Below are positions 56,841 through 64,000 of a stretch of DNA of 64,000 bases, in pieces. The notes beneath the pieces were generated by a model. That model saw only the letters and a program-made list of their open reading frames with translations. It was not told where the DNA came from and searched no databases. The translations under genes and the position numbers were made by a program. Position 1 is the stretch's first letter. Every line of letters begins with the position of its first letter. This DNA comes from Diplonema japonicum (lineage: Eukaryota; Protista; Euglenozoa: Diplonemea): NCBI GenBank assembly GCA_964019335.1, contig OZ025666.1, forward strand, positions 558,001-622,000, written 5' to 3'.

Positions 56841-57722
56841 CCTGCGCAAGAAATAACTTTGCCAATTCTTTCCCCCCTCTTTTCTCCCCTTTTCGCTCCG
56901 GCTGAGGTGCTCGTGTTGCCCCCGTTTTGGCTGATTTTAGTTTTTTTTTTTTTTTTTTTTTTATCGAATTTTTTTTTTCTCTGAAGGAGGGAAAAAAAAA
57001 GTAATTTGCTCCATTTGTACCTAGTAGATAAGTCCCCCCTACCGCTGTATTCTCTACCAAATTGTAGTGAATGGTGAAGAAAAGGTTGTAGATTGGGGCC
57101 ACAAGTGTGTTACTTAATAGTGTCTTTAAAAAAAAAAAAAAAAAGAAGATGTCCATCCGTGCGTATCGAGTGATGGCAGATCTGGAAGGGAAGAAAAGAG
57201 AAAGAATTCGTTGATATTTTTTCTTTTCTTATTTTCTTTCATATTTCGCGTTTTTTTTGAAGGGGAAAGGAAAAAAAAAGAGTGTGTGTTTTTTTTTTTT
57301 TTTTTATACCCCGTTTTTCCTTTTACCCCCCCCCCCCCGCCGCCAAAGAACGTATTCGCTTATTAAAAGAAGAAATTAAAAAAAAAAGAAGATTTTTTTT
57401 ATTTATATCTAGTGGAGCTCAGCTTTGTTGAAGTAATAAAGCTTTTTTCCATTTTTTTGAGGGGCAGCAGGACCAAGGTCTTCGGGCTCTGCGTCTCAGG
57501 TGTATGACATCACCTCCCCTAAAGCGAGTCTGAGTGAGAGAGGGAATTGCACCTCTTTTGCCTTCTCACGTGCAGGGCCGGGTGATGGGTCCGAAGTGAA
57601 ACCTGTTGTCTTTCTGCGATTTTGCCAGCAAAGTGGTATTTTTTTTCTCGGTGCTCCCAATATGAAAAAAAGAAAAAAAAAAAGAAATGGTGCAAGCCTC
57701 CCCCACTACGTTGTCTGAAGAA

Positions 57723-57753
<31 letters not shown>

Positions 57754-58528
57754 AAAAGGAACTTTTTTTTTCTTCAGAAAAAAAAATATATACAGCATAA
57801 GCCCCCCCCCTTCTAGTAAAAGTGAATTTAAAACGGAACGGATAAAAAAAAAAAGTGATTAACACCTTTTTTTTTTTTTTTCCTTTTAGGTTTCAAAAAA
57901 AAAAGAAGAAGAAATAAAAAAAAAGAAAAAAGAAAGGAAAGAAAGAAAAGAAAAAGTACAGAAAAAATTAAAAGAATGAAGGTTTTTATTACGGACCGTG
58001 ACGGGTGGGGAAAGGGAGGGGATGAGAAGGAGGGCAGTTTCTCTGGGAACCTCCACCCTTTTTTATTCTCATTCTTCTTCCTCTCTTCGTTCCGGTCAAC
58101 ATATCTAAAAAGTCATTTTTTCTTTCCTATGTGAGCACCTTCCCCCCCCTCCCCCCTTCTTTTGCATGTGTGCCTTTGTTTCTTCTGTTGGAAAGCAAAG
58201 CATTATTATAAAGCTTTTTTCTTCTTCTTTTTTTTCCAAAAAAGGGGGCGTGCCCCCAAAACGAAAAGAGGAAAAAAGAAAAAAGCTTTGAAGAAAAAAA
58301 AAAAAGATATTCCTCTAGAATTATGGGGCCACCGCAGCTGCAACTGAAAGAAATATTTTTTTTTATTTTATTATTATCCCCCTCCCTCTTTTTTTTTTTT
58401 TTTTTTTTCTCCCCATCCCCATCTCCGGTTGTTGAAGATTTTTTTTTCTTCCTTGTTTTTTTTTTTTTTTTTTTTTTCTTTCCGCCATCCAACAAAAAAA
58501 AAAGAAAAAAAAAAAAAACAAAAGAAAA

Positions 58529-59880
58529 ATGATGCGCCCACAAGTTGGTTCGGGCGGCATGAGCACACAAAGGATAATAACGATAGTGTGCGGGGTGTCG
58601 ATGTTGATGAATGTAGGTTTGGTACTCAACAGCAGCATACCCCCTGTGGGCGGCGGGTGTGTCAGCCTTCTCTCGCAATGCGAGAATAATTTCAAAGCCC
58701 TGAAAGCAAGCACCCCAAAACGTGCCGACCCCGCCCCATGCCCAGAATGCGTGTGCAACTGCAAAGGAAGCACGTCGGAAAGCAACACCGATCAAACAGA
58801 AGGTTCCGATCAAATAACTCTTCAAGACGATGAAAAGCAAACATTAGGAAAGGACCCTCCATGGGTGTGGATCCCTGGAAGGGAGAGAACTAACTTCGGT
58901 GTTTGGAAAGCTAACGGGATTTACAAAACAGACAATACATTCTACGATCCGGAGGAAGACGCGAGGCTGCAGAAGGCGCACCCTACCGACAAGAACGGGT
59001 ACGCGAGGTCGCCCGTCCCCATGGGCTCCGCAAGGATCAGAGTCTCGCATTCTCCTAAAGAGAAGTGGATCACTTTAGACGAGTTTGCATTCGCGCACGA
59101 TGTTTTCTTTGAGGAGTGGCAGCGATTCTCCTTCGGCAACTGGCTCGGGGTCAAGTGCCAGCAAGATCCCATGGACGCATTCGCCATCCAAGATATGTTG
59201 TGGCGAGTAAAGCCCGATCTTATAATCGAAGTAGGCACCAACAACGGAGGCGGCGCAATATTCTACGCAAGCATCATGAACAATTACAATAAGGATGTAT
59301 GTGTTTTTGAAAAAAAAAAAAAAAAAAAAAAAAAGGGTAAAATCGTGACGTTGGACGTGAAGCCTGTGAACCAAAACTGGATGACCGGCAAGAACAAGGA
59401 CAACTGTAAGGAGTGCATTACAGGGGATGTCCATCCATTGTGGACTGGAAGTGATATGATAAACTTCATCAAGGGCGACATCACTAGGAAGGATATCCAG
59501 GCGGAGGTCGAAAAATTCGTGAACAAGGCGAAAACGGTGCTGGTTGTGGAGGACGCCTCTCATAGGTACCCTGAGACCTTGACCCGAATGAACGTTATTT
59601 ACAAGTACGTGACCCCCGGGTCATATATGTTGGTGCAGGACACGAAGATGGACAGATTTGTGTCGAGGCTTCGAAAGAAGTACGGGGGCTTGAAGTTCGG
59701 GCCAATGCGATCTGTGGACGAGTTCATCAGGTACTGAGAAAAAAAAAAAGATTTAGATTTTTTTATAAAGAAAAAAAAAAAAAAAAAAACAGGGCCAACA
59801 AAGATTGGGAGATCGACCGAACATTCGAATATTACATTTACTCGCAGCACCACAGAGGCTTTTTGAAGCGGTTGAAATAG
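58529..59880 (+). CDS. CmcI/rhamnosyl O-methyltransferase-family type II membrane protein
   Basis: N-terminal TM, WLGVKCQQDPMD, KPDLIIEVGTNNGG, VVEDASH and GSYMLVQDT. Introns 59297-59335 and 59731-59792 give C-terminus HHRGFLKRLK. Confidence 0.88.
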
Positions 59881-60669
59881 AGGCTTTTTTTTTTTTTTTT
59901 TTTTTTTTTGGCTTCCCAGGTTTTTTCTGCCCTCTCCCCCCCCGGCACGTACTATTTATCCATTTTTTTATTTGTTCAAAGTTTTTCTAGAGCTTGGTTT
60001 TTTTTTTTTTTGTTTTTTTTTTTAAAAAAAGAAATAGTGCCCTCTTGTTTTTCTTTTTTTTATTAAATTTTCTTTTTTTCTCTAAAATGAGGTTTTTTTT
60101 TTTCTCTTCTTTTGTTGCGTGGTTGCATCATTTTTTTTCTTAACACTATTTCCCCCGTAAGAGCTTTTTAAGGGGACGAAAGATTAATGAGACTTAACCC
60201 TATTTCCCAAAGTAAAGTTACCCCCTAACAGTAATAAAAAAGGACCAGACGATGCAGTGATTATTTTTTTATCCGCAACTACACAAAAGAATGCAAAGGG
60301 GGATGCATCAACGGAATGAATCTTTTTTTTTTTGCGAATAAAGAAGCCGAAAGAACAAAAGAGGAACTAAGCCCCCCCCTCTCCTCCTTTTCTTTTTTCT
60401 TTTTTGAAAAAGAAGTCTGGACTGCAGGTGTGAGCACACCACCCACTTCCCTCCGCCCCCCTTAATAACAAGAAGAAAAGAATAAGAGTTTTTTTTATTC
60501 CCCCCATTATATTTGTTCTTTTTTTTGGGAGGGGGCTGGGATTGAGCTGCACACCGCACTCATTAAGGACACGACGCGGAACGCAGAAGAAGCTACAGCT
60601 CGGCCCCGAAGACGCCACCAACCTCAAAAAAAAAAGAGAAAAAAAAAAGTGGAAAAAAAAAGAAAAAAA

Positions 60670-62064
60670 ATGAGTGATTTCATAATGGACTATCCAAAGG
60701 CAGGCAGGGGGAAGGTACCGCCGGGCACAGGGTTCAGCATGACTGACTGGACAAGACTGTGCATGAGCGCAAGAAAGCCGACCGAAAGAAAGATCTCCCA
60801 GGGCGAGATCCGCATGCACAACAGGCCGGACGACATGTGGATGGTCATCAACGGTAAGGTTTACGACATCACCCTTTTTGCAAAGTACCACCCTGGGGGT
60901 GTGAACGTCTTGCTCCCCTGCGCCGGTAAGGACGCCACCATAATGTTCAACAAGTACCACGCGTACATCAACGTCGAGGCCATGATGGGACCTTTCTGCT
61001 TTGGGAGGTACGACCCAACCATCAAGTTCGACCTGCCACCTTCTTACTTCGGGTTGAAAACGGAAAAGTCCACCTTCGCGAAATCCTCTGGAGGTTTCGG
61101 CGGCAGCACTGCTTCCACACCAAAACCTTGGAAGAAGGGCGAACCTCTAACAGTGGATATTATTTCGTCAAGATGCACGAAGGATGCTCTGTGGGTCATC
61201 ATATACGGCAAGGTTTATGATGTAACAGACTTTCAGAAGAAGCACCCAGGCGGCCCGGACTTCCTCCTTCAGAACGGGGGGAAAGACTGCAGTGCAGAAT
61301 TTGACAAATACCACAGTCAGGCTGCCCGTGCACAGCTCGTCGATTATTACATAGGGGATGTTAAGAAGTCGGTCAGCTCCTTGCTTACACCCACCTCCAC
61401 GGCCCCGCCTACTCGTAAGCCGAAACCCAAACCTGCGCTTAACCGTCTGACTTTGAAGAATAAGAAGAATGTCTCGCACAACACCTGCATGTTGACCTTC
61501 ACCCATACCCTTCCGTCCATCGACGTCCCTCTATGTGGCCACGTAAGGCTGCACTCTGAGGATGGTTACTCTAGAAGCTACACCCCTATCAAGACCACTC
61601 CCGAAGAGCTTACATTTGTCATTAAGTCATATTCCGAAGGAAAGGTTTCCAAGCATGTTTGTGAGTTACAACTGGAGACGACGGTGGGCATGACAGGGCC
61701 CATGAAGAGCGCCTTCAGCATGAACGACTCTCACGACTGTTATGTTCTGGTAGCAGGGGGCACGGGGATTGCTCCCTTTTACCCGCTGTTGCAGTTGCTT
61801 TTGAAGCGTGACATCCCTGCGTGGGTTGTCTGCTGCAACACTACGAGCGAGGACGTCCTGCTCCCCTTAGATGACTTCCCCAACGCCACAGTCTTGCATC
61901 ACTTCTCAAAGGATAGCGGCCACATCACAAAACCCATTCTCGAATCCTTTTTGCCGGGCACTTCTCCCACCGCAACGTCCCTTGTCTGCGGCCCTCCCGT
62001 GTTCAACACCACCCTTAGCGGGCACCTTGCGGAGCTTGGCTATGATGTAACAATTCTTGAATAG
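60670..62064 (+). CDS. Cytochrome b5 reductase with two b5 heme domains (NCB5OR/CYB5R4-like)
   Basis: GFSMTDW N-terminal motif, two HPGG heme domains, RSYTP FAD motif, AGGTGIAPF and CGPPVFN NAD motifs. Confidence 0.9.
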   Translation: MSDFIMDYPKAGRGKVPPGTGFSMTDWTRLCMSARKPTERKISQGEIRMHNRPDDMWMVINGKVYDITLFAKYHPGGVNVLLPCAGKDATIMFNKYHAYINVEAMMGPFCFGRYDPTIKFDLPPSYFGLKTEKSTFAKSSGGFGGSTASTPKPWKKGEPLTVDIISSRCTKDALWVIIYGKVYDVTDFQKKHPGGPDFLLQNGGKDCSAEFDKYHSQAARAQLVDYYIGDVKKSVSSLLTPTSTAPPTRKPKPKPALNRLTLKNKKNVSHNTCMLTFTHTLPSIDVPLCGHVRLHSEDGYSRSYTPIKTTPEELTFVIKSYSEGKVSKHVCELQLETTVGMTGPMKSAFSMNDSHDCYVLVAGGTGIAPFYPLLQLLLKRDIPAWVVCCNTTSEDVLLPLDDFPNATVLHHFSKDSGHITKPILESFLPGTSPTATSLVCGPPVFNTTLSGHLAELGYDVTILE

Positions 62065-62088
62065 TTCCGTCTTTTTCTTTGATTTGCG

Positions 62089-62131
<43 letters not shown>

Positions 62132-62241
62132 CTTGGTGGGTTTGTTGCTAACACTTCTCCCATCATAGTGAGTTTCTTTGTTTATTTATTGTATTTTTTT
62201 CTCGCGCCGCAGCCGACCTCAACCTCAGCATCATAACTTAA

Positions 62242-63588
<1,347 letters not shown>

Positions 63589-63858
63589 ACGAAACGTATT
63601 TTTCTCCCGTTCTAAATTTTTTATTTTTTTTATCCCCCTTTTTTAACTTTTTTGCTCCTTTTTTTTTCTCCCCAACCACTTCTCTCCCATCTCCCTTCCC
63701 AAAACGACCAGTCTTCTTCAGCTGCTGCCCAAAGCGGTTTGCTGAAGTTTTGTAAACACTCACCCCCATTTTATTTTCTTCTTTCACCCCCTTTTTTTTT
63801 CTTTTTTACCCCGCGCTGAACACAGACAACTGTAAAGTATTACAACAGGTTAGTCAGC

Positions 63859-64000
63859 ATGACCGACAAGATTAAAGTGTTCGTGAGGCTGAGGCCTGTT
63901 GCAGTGGAGGGGGCACCCGACGTGACTAATGGGTACGACGAGGTGATGAACTACAGCGACTACCGTGTGCGTCCGTTGCAGGGTAAAGAGGCAGAGAGGG
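63859..64000 (+). CDS. Kinesin motor protein, 5' fragment
   Basis: MTDKIKVFVRLRP, the kinesin N-terminal motif. Open to the window edge. Confidence 0.75.
   Translation, partial: MTDKIKVFVRLRPVAVEGAPDVTNGYDEVMNYSDYRVRPLQGKEAER

Overview
This is gene-dense eukaryotic nuclear DNA, most consistent with a euglenozoan, probably a diplonemid. The evidence is a trypanosome-like beta-tubulin ending EEEGEGEQY, about 24 host genes all on the + strand, and T-rich tracts ending in AG ahead of many start codons. About 30 GT-AG introns can be placed by restoring conserved reading frames. Nearly all are 32-67 nt, the donor is usually GTATG, and many carry poly(A) instead of a polypyrimidine tract. Genes: coiled-coil protein, two beta-helix proteins, beta-propeller glycosidase, lipid-anchored cyclic-nucleotide PDE, O-fucosyltransferase, two ankyrin proteins, Ubl/WW protein, F-box protein, UBE3B/C-type HECT E3, NHL protein, importin-alpha plus a truncated paralogue, CEP164-like WW protein, a ~2130-aa membrane-anchored four-domain EEP protein, a near-identical gene pair, CmcI-type methyltransferase, two-heme cytochrome b5 reductase, beta-tubulin and the start of a kinesin. 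Best leads: (1) a polymorphic-toxin-type Zn deaminase set among ubiquitin-system genes; (2) a very divergent TBP-fold protein; (3) poly(A) mini-introns biased to gene 3' ends; (4) a nested palindromic element holding a tRNA-derived SINE with a 10-bp TSD; (5) a decayed TIR transposon. All family calls come from motif recognition by eye, and no searches were run.
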